A program made the translations under genes and the position numbers. From Bigelowiella natans CCMP2755 (taxonomy: Eukaryota > Protista > Cercozoa): 35,206 nt of DNA. Below the pieces are notes generated by a model. It worked only from the letters and a program-made list of their open reading frames with translations. It made no database searches and was not told the origin of the DNA. The stretch covers positions 1-35,206 of the forward strand of contig ADNK01001819.1 of NCBI GenBank assembly GCA_000320545.1. The letters are read 5' to 3'. Shown in pieces: positions 14,442 to 27,226 of this stretch. Position 1 is the stretch's first letter, and every line of letters begins with the position of its first letter.

Positions 14442-15894
14442 TTCTGCACTTACGGAAATGCTGGTTGAGGTCCCATACACATGTGAAGTTTTTGCTGAGA
14501 GGATGACGGCGATAAGGATCATGATGATGAGAACTTTGCAAAATTCTTTTGAGAGTATTCATTTATTCGTCGTGAAATATTCGCAGCACACTTGAAATGT
14601 TGAATTTCAATCGTAATCACCTCCATCACCACTGTCTAAAACCAGTCTATACTTCTCTCACATTATTATTATTATTATTTCCATTTCTTCGTTGTTATCT
14701 CACCCGCAAGTAGGGCATTCGAAAGGGCGATTGCCGTTGTGCGTTCGAATATGTCTACAATAAAAACACAACTGATGACTACGATGTCACGATTACAATG
14801 GGATACATCCGTGATGGTCTGATCATCATCGTTATCAGCGTCGTCATTATCCTCATGCAATGGTGATATATCGACTACGTGTTGAATAGGTGTACCGATC
14901 GAGATTGCACCACTCCCCAAAGCTCTGAAAAGGATAGATGACAGTTGTTCAACGGTAGCAAGGGATGAATATCAGCATTGACGCCATCGGATCGTATCAT
15001 GTGTGGAGAAACTTGTCGTTTTTATTACACAGAAAATATTATGTCTCTCAGATCTACGATCACCAAATTACCACCCCTTCAACAACATCTATAGCTATAT
15101 AAATAGTTAACATGATATTCGTCCATGTACACACGTGCTGAACACACAATCACACAATATAATGTGTGTGCGTGTATGTAAGTGCGATGACAATAATAAA
15201 GGCGATAATGTGACTGCGCTAACCTTATTGCAATATGGGCACACAAGAGTCTTTTCGACCACCGTATGTAGATGCCTTGAGGAGGAGTAGAGAGAAGACT
15301 CAGTCATATGATTTCCCGCCGTTAAACCAAATCAGAACACTAAGTGTATTCAGTGGATATGCTCATGGCTATACCTTTTGAGTTTCTGGACGGTTAAGTA
15401 CATCTTCCCACAATGACTACAGGTGAGATTTGCTGGATCAATCACTACTTTTGACAGGGCACGCTTGGCCACAGTAGTTCTGCGAGGATGTCTTTTTCGC
15501 GTAGGTACTTGTCGCTGAATCTGTGCCGACTTGTTGGTAGTGGAGACCGCAGAGTCACAGAAAACAGCAGAAGCAGATCTGGCAATCCTTGGACCTGGTG
15601 AAATATGATAATGTCAGGACTTGATGAGGGGAGGAAAATGAAGAAGATAAAACCACTCTCACTAGGAAGTAGTGCACCAATGCTGTTGCGGGATGGAGGA
15701 GGCGCTGTTGGGTAAGAAATGCTAAGGAATGTGCCGACACTTTGTTTCCTCAGCTTGGCCACCGGCAGCTTCACCAGCAGTACAATGAAGCCCAGAAGGA
15801 GGGCCAGTATTACTTCGACCAAAGCCAACGACGACGTCGATAAGACCGATTGATGTGATCTTATAGACTGACGATTGTTTCTTCTGTGTTTCAT
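11566..15894 (-). CDS. Tandem C2H2 zinc-finger protein (11 fingers, first degenerate) with an N-terminal hydrophobic signal and basic Ser/Arg-rich leader, about 479 aa, 17 exons
   Basis: Exons (-): 15663-15894, 15375-15594, 15224-15275, 14896-14924, 14704-14754, 14454-14494, 14186-14220, 13998-14043, 13721-13762, 13380-13410, 13133-13293, 12975-13047, 12770-12829, 12494-12517, 12292-12389, 11861-11937, 11566-11733 (1440 nt, in frame, all GT-AG). Example fingers: CPYCNKSFGEWCNLDRHIRTH, CPTCGKNFTCVWDLNQHFRIH, CEECGKRFTQYSTLTRHELIH, CIFCDRTFTSTASLQSHLKTH. Linkers NGNRPF, AGVKPF, SGDLPF are TGEKPF-like. The extreme 3' end is less certain. Confidence 0.88.
11967..12048. repeat. 41-bp tandem duplication in an intron of the zinc-finger gene
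   Basis: CAGGTTCGAAGCGCAACAAGGTAGTATCAGTTCGAGC(C/T)GCA at 11967-12007 and 12008-12048, one mismatch. Confidence 0.95.
12549..12712. repeat. Compound (CA)n-(TA)n-(GC)n-(GT)n microsatellite forming a quasi-palindrome
   Basis: (TA)~21 at 12600-12641 is flanked by the inverted repeat CACATGTAATA (12575-12585) / TATTACATGTG (12643-12653) and by outer (CA)n and (GT)n arms. Confidence 0.9.
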
Positions 15895-16759
15895 ACCATT
15901 CTGCTTCAGCTTCTAACTATGACCTTCGTGCCGAAGAATAGCATGCGATGAAGCCGGATGCAAGATGACTAGGGAGGGGCAATGCTCTGTTCGTCAAACC
16001 GAAACAATCACTTGTGATAAAGTTACTCATTACTTGCAAGGACCACATACCACTTAGATCTAGTCTACATATTTAGGGAATAACTTCGTACTCATTACAT
16101 CATCGTTTGGTTTGACTAGGCAATGGTAGCTTTCCATTTTGTGTGACTTGACATACTTCTGAAAAGAATAAGATGTTTCTGGTATATAAATATATCTGCT
16201 ATGAATTACCCTCAATTACAACAGCGCCAACACTTATAATGACGATTAAACTAGGTTCAACACTGACGAACTAACCAGGGACAACTACGAGAAGAGAGCC
16301 TCTCTACTAATTGTTGTAGTAATTAGGTAATTTTGAGGGGTATTCAAGGGTACGACACAAGCTATCACCTTGAATACTTACATTTTCGTCCACTGCATGT
16401 GTGCAATGCATCATCGTGGGATCCTCTAGCCTTTGACGCTCAACTTTCGGGCCGGCGCGTCCCCCCTATCTCTCAGGTTGTTCTTTTCCAAAAATCAAAG
16501 CGAAAGAGGTTTCGAAGGCTTTCTTCTGTTGCGCATGATTAGTGGGAAGCACTACCCTTTTTCTTTTCCCCGGTTTCTGGCCAAAGAGTCGCAATAGGCC
16601 CCAGGCTCTGGTGACGGGTTAATAGCATATTGTTTTCTTGAATTTTCGATTGCATTTTGTACTGCGGGGAAGCAATAACAGAATCATTGTGTTACTATGC
16701 CAATCTGCTTGATATTTACCAACACAGTTTGAATGGGAGTACACCGGATTCTTTAGGTG
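15895..16759. promoter_or_regulatory. Bidirectional promoter region between the zinc-finger gene and MED23
   Basis: 865 nt between divergent start codons, free of microsatellites. Confidence 0.55.
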
Positions 16760-18341
16760 ATGAGTATGAGAGGAGGATCTGGAGGGTGGGGATCACGAAG
16801 GTATGCGTCATCGTCAGCAGCGTACTCATCGTCGGCGGCCTCGTACTATACCTACTCCCAGCAGCAAAACAATAACACAGCAAGTACCTCCACAACAAAT
16901 GGCGAAGCGACTGTCAATCTCAGCTACTATGGAGACAACAGCAAAAGGTCTACAGCTCCTGCTCCTGTAAGTTCTTCACAGAACGCGGCTTCTACAATTT
17001 CTTCCTCTCGGAGCAAGTGGGAGGGAAAACGGAATAAAATAGGGCGGCAGCTTTCGCTGTTGTGCAACCCTGTGAGCCTTGAGCGGTTCCATCAGCGAGG
17101 GATAGCGAACTTCGTGAAAACGTACTCGCAGATTCGCAGATATGCCGTAGAGACAGGGATGAAGAACGAATCAGATCGGTGGATAAGTAGGCTTTTGATC
17201 ATGAGACTCGCTAGTGCGAACAAGCCTCCAGAAATCACTATATATATGAAGACCATACTTGCTACAATTAAGACGTTCCGAGGATGTGCCAGGTGTATGT
17301 TCCAAGAAGTCGCCAAAAAGATCAATCCCTCCGAAAATCTAGACCAACAGGTGGCATGCTGCTATCTTATCCTGAGGTTGTCCACCTACATCCAAGCTAC
17401 GGATCTCCAACTGAAAGTCCGGGTAGTGTACATCCTTGTCTCCCGTTTCCAGAAGTTCCCGCAGCAGTTGTCAGCGACCACCCCGCCAAAGCTCTATAAC
17501 CTAATTGCAGCTATGCTCAAGGTGATTCGCACCTTTCTTACGACGCCGTGCGGTAATATGCTGTGGTCCGTAGCGATTCCGCTGAATCGAGTACTGGACA
17601 AGTTGCACCACCCGATGCTGAGGCAGATCCAGAAAGACATACACACGCGCCTTCACGGTGTCAAGGAGCTAATGCGGGGGATGGGAACGCATGCGCTTCT
17701 TTGTCCTGCATTCGGGATCTCGGACGAATATGCTATAAGGCGGATGTGTCATGCTTCCACTACGCGCAAACGTGCTCAAGATCTAAACCCATTCATATTC
17801 ACTGTTCAGCATCTACTGGCAGAGAGCACACCCATCGATCAGATTGTCCCAGACCTTGCAACCGTTTCGAGTCAGTGGCGGACGAGTGTCTGCACTGCTC
17901 TGGTTCAGCGGATCCTCACTCTAATTCACAACTCCCCGCTCCGAGCACAGCGCCCAGGAGCGAACGCTTCTCGGCGAACTGGGGCGCTCACACGCGATTG
18001 GATGGTGCTGGCTGGGCAGATTCATGCCGTGATTCACTTTAACGTCATTGACTTTCAGGAATTAGTAAAACGACTGCATCAGCGACTCAAGACTCCCGGT
18101 AGGGGGGTTTACCGTGACAATCGCATTATCTGGCTTCTTTCACAGTGCATGACCCTTGAGAACGCGAAGAATGCGATGACGGAGAGCGTACAGCAGCATA
18201 AGGGTCTTGTCCTTCTAATAGAGGACTTCCATGAGGAGTCGATCCTCAAGAATCTAGACGTTGTGCAGGTGTTGTTAATTCTTTCTAGGATTGCTACCAT
18301 CTTATCCACTAATGATGCTACCACATCTTGTCATGATTATG

Positions 18342-18374
<33 letters not shown>

Positions 18375-21027
18375 TCTTTACTATTATATCATACTACTAC
18401 GAATCCAGTTGTTTAACCTTACATATTCCAACAGTTGCATCTACAATCTCAACTGGGACTCCAGAATAATCCCGGTCAAAATCACTATATGAACCAGCAG
18501 CAGCAGCAACAGCTGTCTTCGTCGAAGCGACGGCTCGACAAAATTATGAGCACTGTTTACAGCCTATCAATTCAGAGCGTGCTGTTCCGCATACAGTTTC
18601 TTGACAAGAACCCAAACAGTCGGCGATTTAAGTTTCGTGGCAATGCGAAAGATGTCGAGGTTGACCAGGCGCTGGTGCAGTGGTGGAACAAGAAGAAGGA
18701 CTTCACGAATGTTACTGATATGATGCTTGTGAAGCTCAGCCTCCTCTCCTCGATGTCATCGAAGGAGGTGAGCAACGGGCTTCTCAAGTACCTTGTTGAG
18801 AAGCTTAGCGCTGCGCAAATCATGCCAGGATCCCTCTTCATTTACAAGCAGCTCCGTCCATTGCCCGATATCCTACTTGCGGTGCTTTCAGAGGGGGTAA
18901 AAAAACACTTACAGCGGGGCATTCAGGAACAACTGCTGGGGAGCAATAGCTCAGTTGGTGGTTGGAGTAGCAGCAGCAGCAGCGGGGTAAACAGTGGTCC
19001 ACCCCCCCTCGAGCAAGTTGGAATACTAGGGCAGGCTATCACTTACCCACCCTCCCCCGCACTCGTTCTCACGTTCAGGTCGACGGATATTGTTATGCGT
19101 CAGCTCCCTTTCCACCATGCCAACCTCCTAATCCTTTGTCTCCCTATTGCATGTGTCATCAACACCATCGTTATAATCCTTTTTCCCGCAATGATGTATG
19201 CTCAAATTGTGGTGATGTTGATTTGAAATATATCCCTCAGCCGACTGATGCGCAGCTCACCACTGTTCAACATAAAAATCTCCAAGGCAATGATGATCTC
19301 GCAAGTAGTAGCCACGGAGAAGAGCCAGGAAAGCAGCGCCTCTTCCTTCTCCTCCGCGACAATTAGCAATGGAAATGAGAAATGGAAACAGCAGCAGCAG
19401 CAGCAGCAGAAAAGGGGACAACAACAACGTCAAAGTAGTAGCAGCGGCGGCAGTGGTAGAAGCATTAGCACCAGTGTGTATCGTGCTGGACCGAAGCAGT
19501 AAGTGCCGTTATTTATCATACAATTGTGAGAACAATAAACTTATATCAGTCTGTACATGCATTTTCAATAACACCATCAACCGCTACAACAGCTCGTATC
19601 CCCCTTGCGACAAAATTTCCACCACCATCACCAGCTCGTATTTATCATGTTTAAACTCGATATTTATATAAATCTGGATGATGATGATTGTGACGAAAAT
19701 ATTTAGGTATCTACGTAATGTGGTCCTGGAGATGCTATCCTATCCTCTGTTCCGCTTAATGCAGCACACGGGTCAAACCCGACAATTGTTCGAAGAAATC
19801 TCTGTACTTGTGCACCAGCGGCTGCATCCTCAGGTCACGCTGCAGCTGCAGCATCTCCTCCTACAAATGGTAAACCGAATTGCTTTCGTTCCTGGGAAGA
19901 CTACGCGAAGCAGGGAATGGATGCTGCATCAGCTACAGCAGAAGCAGCAGCAACAGCAGCAGCACAACAACAAAGGAGTTGCAAGCACCACGTCCAATCT
20001 AGAAGGAAAGAAGAACTACAAGTCGTCGTCTTCGTCCAAACGGAGATTATCATCATCGGTACACCTTTTCCCATCACCTTGTGTTTGAGTATGCCATCCT
20101 GATGCAAGTAGAGGTCACAACAAAACACAACACAGATGTTTCCTTTCTTTTCGTTATCTTCCTCAAATTTGTCTCTAATCACTGCTGCTACTGTTACTTG
20201 TGCTGAATAGAGCGGAGGAAAGGACGTGAAAATGGATTCGGCCTCAGCAGCAGGGACCGGGGTTGGTGCTGGCGGTGCTGTTGGAGGGCGGGGTCACGAG
20301 AAGGAAGCAGAAAGATCCTCTATATTTCTTTCTTCGGGATCTGCATCAACCAACTTGTCATATGGCATCCTTAATGACCGTCTACTATTCTTGTCCTTCG
20401 CACGTGCGGTGAAACTTGAAAACACGCGCGCACGCCCACGAATCAACGTGGAATTACCACTCCCCTTTGCTTCACTACTTCCGAGCTCCTCCTCTTCTTC
20501 CTCCTCCACTTCAGCTTCTCATCATACGCCTTCCTCGTCCTCTTCGGCTGCTGCGACCACAGCAGCAGCAGCAGCAGGAGCTGCTGGTGGTGGTAGTGGT
20601 GATTCAACGGCAGTGGTAGGTGGGGTCCAACAGTTTCCTACTACTACTACTACAGCAGCAGCTTCGGGGGGTGTACTTCCTCGGGGATCGTCTTCGGTGG
20701 TTCCTACGAGCGGTGCTCCTTCTTCTTCAGCGACAAACTCTTCTTTACTACTGGCGCCGAGGATGTCACTCTTGGGTAACAACTCTAATAATACAGCTGC
20801 ATCGAGAGGAGGTGGTGGAGGTAGTGCCGCTTCGACGCCAAAAGGAGGAGGGGGTGGAGGAGGGATTACTAATTCACCGTCCTCCTCCTCCTCCTCCTTA
20901 CTATCAACACCCGCGCCATCACCATCATCATCATCATCATCCTCCTCCAGGGATCCTTCTTCCTCCCCCTCCTCCTCATCATTTTTCTCATCATCTTCTT
21001 CCTTCTTCCCGGCTTCATCACCATCGG

Positions 21028-21061
<34 letters not shown>

Positions 21062-21311
21062 GCTCCTACTATTGGGTTATGAGTTTGGATCTAGTGAGGC
21101 TACCAGGAAACTAGATGCCTTTCTGGATTGGTTCCAAGCTCTCCCGCACGCAAAACGCTCGTTTAGTGCGCACACCATGCGTTATCTACCGGCTTGCATG
21201 CGTACTCGGTTGATTGACCGTGAGACGGCCCTCCGTCGGGAGAATGAAGAAGTGAAGAAGGTGGGTCCTGCTGTCCATGATGATGATCTGAATATGGTGA
21301 TTACAGAGTAA

Positions 21312-21345
<34 letters not shown>

Positions 21346-21569
21346 CTACGATGACGACAGTGATAATGGTGGTGTTGGGACTGGTGCTAGTACATAAGTG
21401 ATTGCGAAAGAATAACACTCTCATTTGAACGCACACATGCTTTTTCAGGAGCAGATCCATCGCCAGCAGCAGCAACAGAAAAATGCCAAAGCTGCTGCAG
21501 CTGCTTCTGCATCATCTTCTTCCACTAAGTCACGTGGTCGAGGCTCTTCTAAGCGTAAACGAGGCAGCA

Positions 21570-21604
<35 letters not shown>

Positions 21605-22171
21605 AAGAAAATGGACAGTGCCGCTGACAATGGTAGTCACAGCCTCTTCCGGTCCCGCCGTGTGTTCACTTCTTGGGAGGACGCCGAGAGGGAGGCAAGC
21701 ACCCCGCTGATGAAGATGTTGATGTTCGGGCAGCAAAGGGGACGCGGTCCACTCGAACAGGCGCACAGGCACTACGCGAGCGTGACACAGACAGAAAGAT
21801 CCCGTTTCCTTGCTGGGGTAGCTCACTGCTGGGTGACTATGGATGAGAAGAGGAGTATTGGGAACTTCCGGGAAGCCACTGTTCTGGCGGTTCTGCAGCA
21901 GTTCTCGCCAGCCGACTTGCAGCTCGCATCGACAGCATTCGTTGACGCAGTGCTCGATTACGTGAAGAGAGATCCAGCGCGCAACAAGTTTCGTGTGCAA
22001 AATCTGCTGTGGGGCATGGCGCAGAGCGGCCAAGGACCGATCATTCCGTTTGATCATCTTCTGCTTTTGTTAAGCGACCACGCTACTAACATCGCCATGG
22101 AGCTGGCGCTACACCTGCTGCTTGATCCAATGCATATGAGTGGGCTGGTAAAATGTTACTATTATAATCAC

Positions 22172-22207
<36 letters not shown>

Positions 22208-23183
22208 GAAGAAGTAGTAGTAGTAGTAGTAGTAGTACAGCGATGGAAATTCCCATTATTTTCGACCTCCTCGTCGTCATCGTGCCTGTCTTTCACCTTC
22301 TCCTCCGTTCTCTGTCTGTTATTTATCTCCTCCTCCCATCAAGGTGAAACGACGCAATAAAGTATGCCAGCTGGTGGCAGCCTCCTCCCCGGAAGACGTT
22401 CAAGATGGCATATATATGGGAGGTAGGTGTGTGTGCGTGTGTGCGTGTGTGTTTGTGTGTGTTGTACGGATTGTTCTGATAATTCATTGCCACTGGGACA
22501 GGTCTGAGCTTCCAGTCTCACCTCCAATACCACAACGCTTTCCGCAGTGAGATCCCAGCGATGTATCAGGAAGATGGCTTGCGTGTGTCGGGGGCGGACG
22601 CCATTCTAGCCATGTATTACCACCACCACCACCACTACTGCTGCTGCTGCTGCTACATAATAAACGACGACAATGAGTGTCTACCACCTATCCCAGTCGC
22701 AACAACTAAGCAGCACCACGACAGCTACTGAGCAACTGCATTCATAGATAGCTGATTCGATTCTATGCGCCTCATTTTATTTACCACGTGAAATTAGGTA
22801 TCATTCGTCCGAGATCGCACGTGTGATGCCTGCGATCGATGTGTTGTTATGGCGTCTGCTAGAGGCGGAGCGTGAGAAGGATTTCCAGGAAGCGTTGAAT
22901 ATGGCATGGCCACTTTACCGCATATTTCATCCAACACCGGTGATTGATCTTTAAGCACGAGAAAAGGGAGGAAAGCAATAGGATATGGGCTTATAATACT
23001 AAATATTTGCGGTTACCGACAGATTAAAAAATAATCGTTCTTCGTCGTCTGCCATGCTGATAATATTTTGGCTCTCAAGAGAGTGGAGCTACATTAGTAG
23101 TAGTAGTAGTAGTAGTAGTAGTAAAATAGTAATTTATTTTGGTGATGACCCGTCCCTTACTAAATCAACTCCCTTAATATCAT

Positions 23184-23216
<33 letters not shown>

Positions 23217-24149
23217 CCTTCTTCAATTTCCAAGGTGGCTTTCGTGAAAGAGATACTCTGCTACTACGACACTTGCCCGGCGCTTTCAGTGAAAACACGC
23301 CACCTGCTTCTCCGTCTCATCCCTCCTCCTGGCCTCAGTAGCGGAGATGGAACGAAAATGGGGGGAGGGGGAGGAGGAGGCAAGAATTATTCGCAGAATA
23401 AAGGCAACAGCAATACCCCCAAAAGTAGCAGTAGCAGCAGCAGCAGCAATGGTGCAGCTGGTGGTGGTCTCTCGCCGGAGTGGGCAGCCATTCTGCGGTT
23501 CCTACACAAGGCGCACTTCTCCGACCGAAAGCGCTATGATCTCCGACAGTGTCCACTGTACGTTCATGATGATATTACTGATAATGATGATGATGATAAT
23601 GATGATGGGAGAAGAGGGAGGAAGATAGGAAAACGTGCAGTATCCATCCTATAGCGATGGCATCGACACACATGAATCATTTGGGTAGTAGCAGTAGCAG
23701 TAGTAGTAATTCATGTTTGGCATCCTTACTATTATTATTATTATTATTATTATCATTATTATTCTTATATATTCTACCACCCACCTGCTTTGGTGCATCA
23801 TTGCAGGTATGGGGTGGCTGCTGGACGTGGCAGTACCGCCGCCGCCTCCAGTGGCCTGATGAGTGGCAATGAGATGGGGGGAGGGGACGAGTGGATGTCG
23901 TTCTTCAATGACGAGGAGCAACCGAACAAAGACGATAAAAAGGATCAAGATGACAGGGATGATAAGGCTGTAAAAAACAATAAGGACGAAGTCCCTGGCC
24001 GTGTTCTCATCCCGCCCCCTTCGCAATCATCCTCCAATGACGAAGGAAATGCCTCCTTGGAATCATCATGCCAGCGTAGCTACCTTGTCGATATCGCTCT
24101 CAGTATTGCTGAATTGATGCCGCTGCAAAGGTTGGTAGTAGATAATAGT

Positions 24150-24184
<35 letters not shown>

Positions 24185-25232
24185 ATAATAAAAGATTCTG
24201 TATGATGCTTCCACAAATGTCCATCATCACCACCACTATCATCGGGCATTTCTCATTATTGTTGATGGTATTTCGTTATCGTCTTTTTCATGCGACCCCT
24301 CTGTTGTTGTGACTACATATGTATGTTTCTATGTATGTATGTATGTATGTGTGTTTTGTATGTATGTATGCGGATTTCTGTGTCTTTGTTGGACGGATGG
24401 ACCGAACAATTGATAAAACAATCACCAAAATTGAAATACACTCTTCTTCTTCTTCTTCTTCACCCCAGACACACGAAACCTGGGCGGCTACTAGGCCCAG
24501 AGTGCCATCACGCGAGTGAGTTTATCTCGCCGCTAAATCGAGCGCTCAGCTACGGACTGGTGGAGATTCTCGCTCAGAACGACCAGAAAACCGATCCAGA
24601 CTACCGGCATCTTAGCCGCCTGTTCGTAGAGAGCTTTGTCATGTTCCCTCCCAAGGAGATGCACATATCGGAAAAGACAAAGAACCTCCTGCAGCATGAC
24701 CCCAAGGCCATTTCAAAGCAAACGGTAGCTGAAAGCAGTGGTGGTGGTGATGGTGATAGTGTAGTGGTACTAGGACTCAGTTATTGGTACTACTAGTGTT
24801 ATTGTTCGCTTCGAGAATTCTTTGGCGAAATAGATATAACGTGTCAATTTGGCACCTGTTGTTTCCCAAGTTAAGTAAAAATTCCCATTATTGTCATGAT
24901 GGAGGCGTCGAGGGAGGAAAAACTACTGAAGTCCCATCACCAACATAATCATCATAACCGCCTCACTACCACATCAGATCGATATGCAGCGAAGAGCGTT
25001 GCAAGGTGCCGGGTTATTAATTTCCTCATTACCAACAAGGCTCCACGACTCGTTGGTCGACTTGGTATGTTCGTCGTAACAGTTGTTGTTGTTGTTGTTG
25101 TTGTTGTTGTCGGCTGCTATTTCCACTGACCACTTACGCGTTGTTGTAGTTCTCTCCGACTACCACTGATGTGCTTCATGTTTAGTAGTCTATAATAGCC
25201 ATGCGTGTGTATATCAATACATTCGTGTATTT

Positions 25233-25273
<41 letters not shown>

Positions 25274-27188
25274 AATGTGCACGTGTTTCGGGCTATTTCT
25301 AAATCTTCACAACCCTTTCTTATAGGTGGAAAGGTTGCTACTACCTCCGATCATCCTGAGCGCGTTGGAGGCAAAGGACGCCGCAGCGGCAACGACAATG
25401 TCGCCGTCATCGTCATCATCTTCATCAGCAGCCGCAGCAGGAACGGATGAGCAAAAGCACTCACAAAACTCATTAGCGTCCTCCTCCTCGTCGTCGTCGT
25501 CGTCGTCACCTGCTGCCGTCACCGCTGCTAAAACGCAATCGCTGTCTCCCTCAGTCTTGCTTGCTGCTTCGAAACTGCTACGAAAGCGAACGCGGCGGCG
25601 CGGACTGTGTAAGTCGTCCTCCTCAACGGGAAGGGTGAGCAATCAACACCGCCCTCGAGCTATGAAGAGACGGAAGACAACGATCACGTTCACAAAAAAG
25701 AAGAAGATGATAGGAGGAGGAGGAGAAGGAGCAGCAGGGGGGGTGGCAGTAAAGCGGGAAGCAGCTTTCTCCTTCCCAGCTACTAGTTCTACTACTACTA
25801 CTACTACTACTACTAAGACTACAACCACAAGTTCTGCTCCTCATGGCGACCCCTCTTCTTCGTCATCGTCCCTCCAAGCGACAGTTACTTCTTCATCTTC
25901 TGCTGCAAGTGCTATTGGCAACGGTGCTAGCGGTAGTAGACCTTCCTTAAAAAACAGCACCATCACCACCACCACCAGCAGCAGCAGCAGCAGCTGCAGT
26001 ACCAGCAACTTCGCGCCTCCTCATCCTCCTCCTCCTCAAGGAGAGCAGAAGATGGCGACTCAGCAGGATAAGAAGGTCAGCACAATTACCAGGAGAATTA
26101 CCAACGCCGCCATCGGCCAATCAGACAGGGGAGGCGGCAGTCGCAGCGATGTTCTGGAAGCAGTTGCAAGAAAATGGCGAAGTGATCATTTGTGGTCATC
26201 AGGCTTCAGCGCCATTACACGACAGATTCGTGAGATGGGCGTGGATCATCGTCATCTTCAGGGCATGCAACATCAGCAGCAACAAGCTGGAGGGACAGTA
26301 AATAATATCACAAACACTAGTAGCAATAATACCGGGAAGATAGTGGCAGCAGTAGGAACGGTGTCAGGAAGATTACAGAATAATCTATCATCGTTATCGT
26401 CATCACCATCATCACTGACGCAGCAGCAACAGCAACTGCTGCCTCCATTAGAAAAAATATTTACCACAGCACTTGGTCCGATTGAGGGAGGGCTTTTCAC
26501 TGTTGCGAACAAGCCGTCATCATCATTAGCATCCACAACAACGACAACAACAACATTTTCGTCATTACCATCATCTACGTCATCTTCCCGCCCAATCACT
26601 ATTGACATCGCCGGAGACGACTCAAAGAGGAAGGGTAATTCCACCGCCACCACCGCTGGTGCTGCCTCTGCCACTTCTAGAACTGCAAGTCCGAGTAGTA
26701 CTTCCAGTTTTAAAACGCCGAGCGTGACCTCTCCCTTAGGGCGGCTACTAACGTTGCTAGAAGCCTGTTTTGTTTGGTCAAAGCCGCAGTTGTTTGAATC
26801 CCTTTGTCGGGGTCTAGCGCGGCGGTTGCACGCGGGGAGCGCCCTTCACAGCACCCCTCAGCAGCAGATCTGGGCAGAAAAATCCATTTCCCACGTCATC
26901 ACTTTCATACAATTCCTCGCGCATGGGTTCAATCGGTTCAAGTCCGAGATCGGTGTCGTAGAAACAGTTCTACGTGTGGCTTACTACACCCTCCGTGCAC
27001 TTAACGCTGTGGTGTGCCGGCAACAAGCAGCGGAAGTGCTCGAAAAAACCCGTGTGATGTTCGATTTCATCGTTTTCGTGCACAGCTCAGGTGTGAAGCT
27101 GGTATCAACAGCCACGGCTCGTGAGCTCGATCTCCTTATCAATGACCTGCACCCCGAATGGCGCTACGTACTACGCTGCCACAAGTAG
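16760..27188 (+). CDS. MED23: Mediator complex subunit 23, about 2556 aa with large low-complexity insertions, 14 exons
   Basis: Exons 16760-18268, 18435-19078, 19241-19498, 19707-20058, 20211-21260, 21449-22147, 22344-22422, 22502-22586, 22798-22939, 23235-23557, 23807-24130, 24469-24724, 24978-25064, 25326-27188 (7671 nt, in frame). Colinear blocks resemble animal MED23 as recalled: FQELVKRLHQRL...RDNRIIWLLSQ, PLPDILLAVLS, SPALVLTFSRL, LEMLSYPL, SFSAHTMRYLP, IIPFDHLLLLL, RVMPAIDVLLWRLLE, LYRIFHPTPVAFVKEILCYY, SEFISPLNRAL...VEILA, GLLISSLP, LINDLHPEWRYVLR. Confidence 0.88.
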
Positions 27189-27193
27189 TAGTA

Positions 27194-27226
<33 letters not shown>

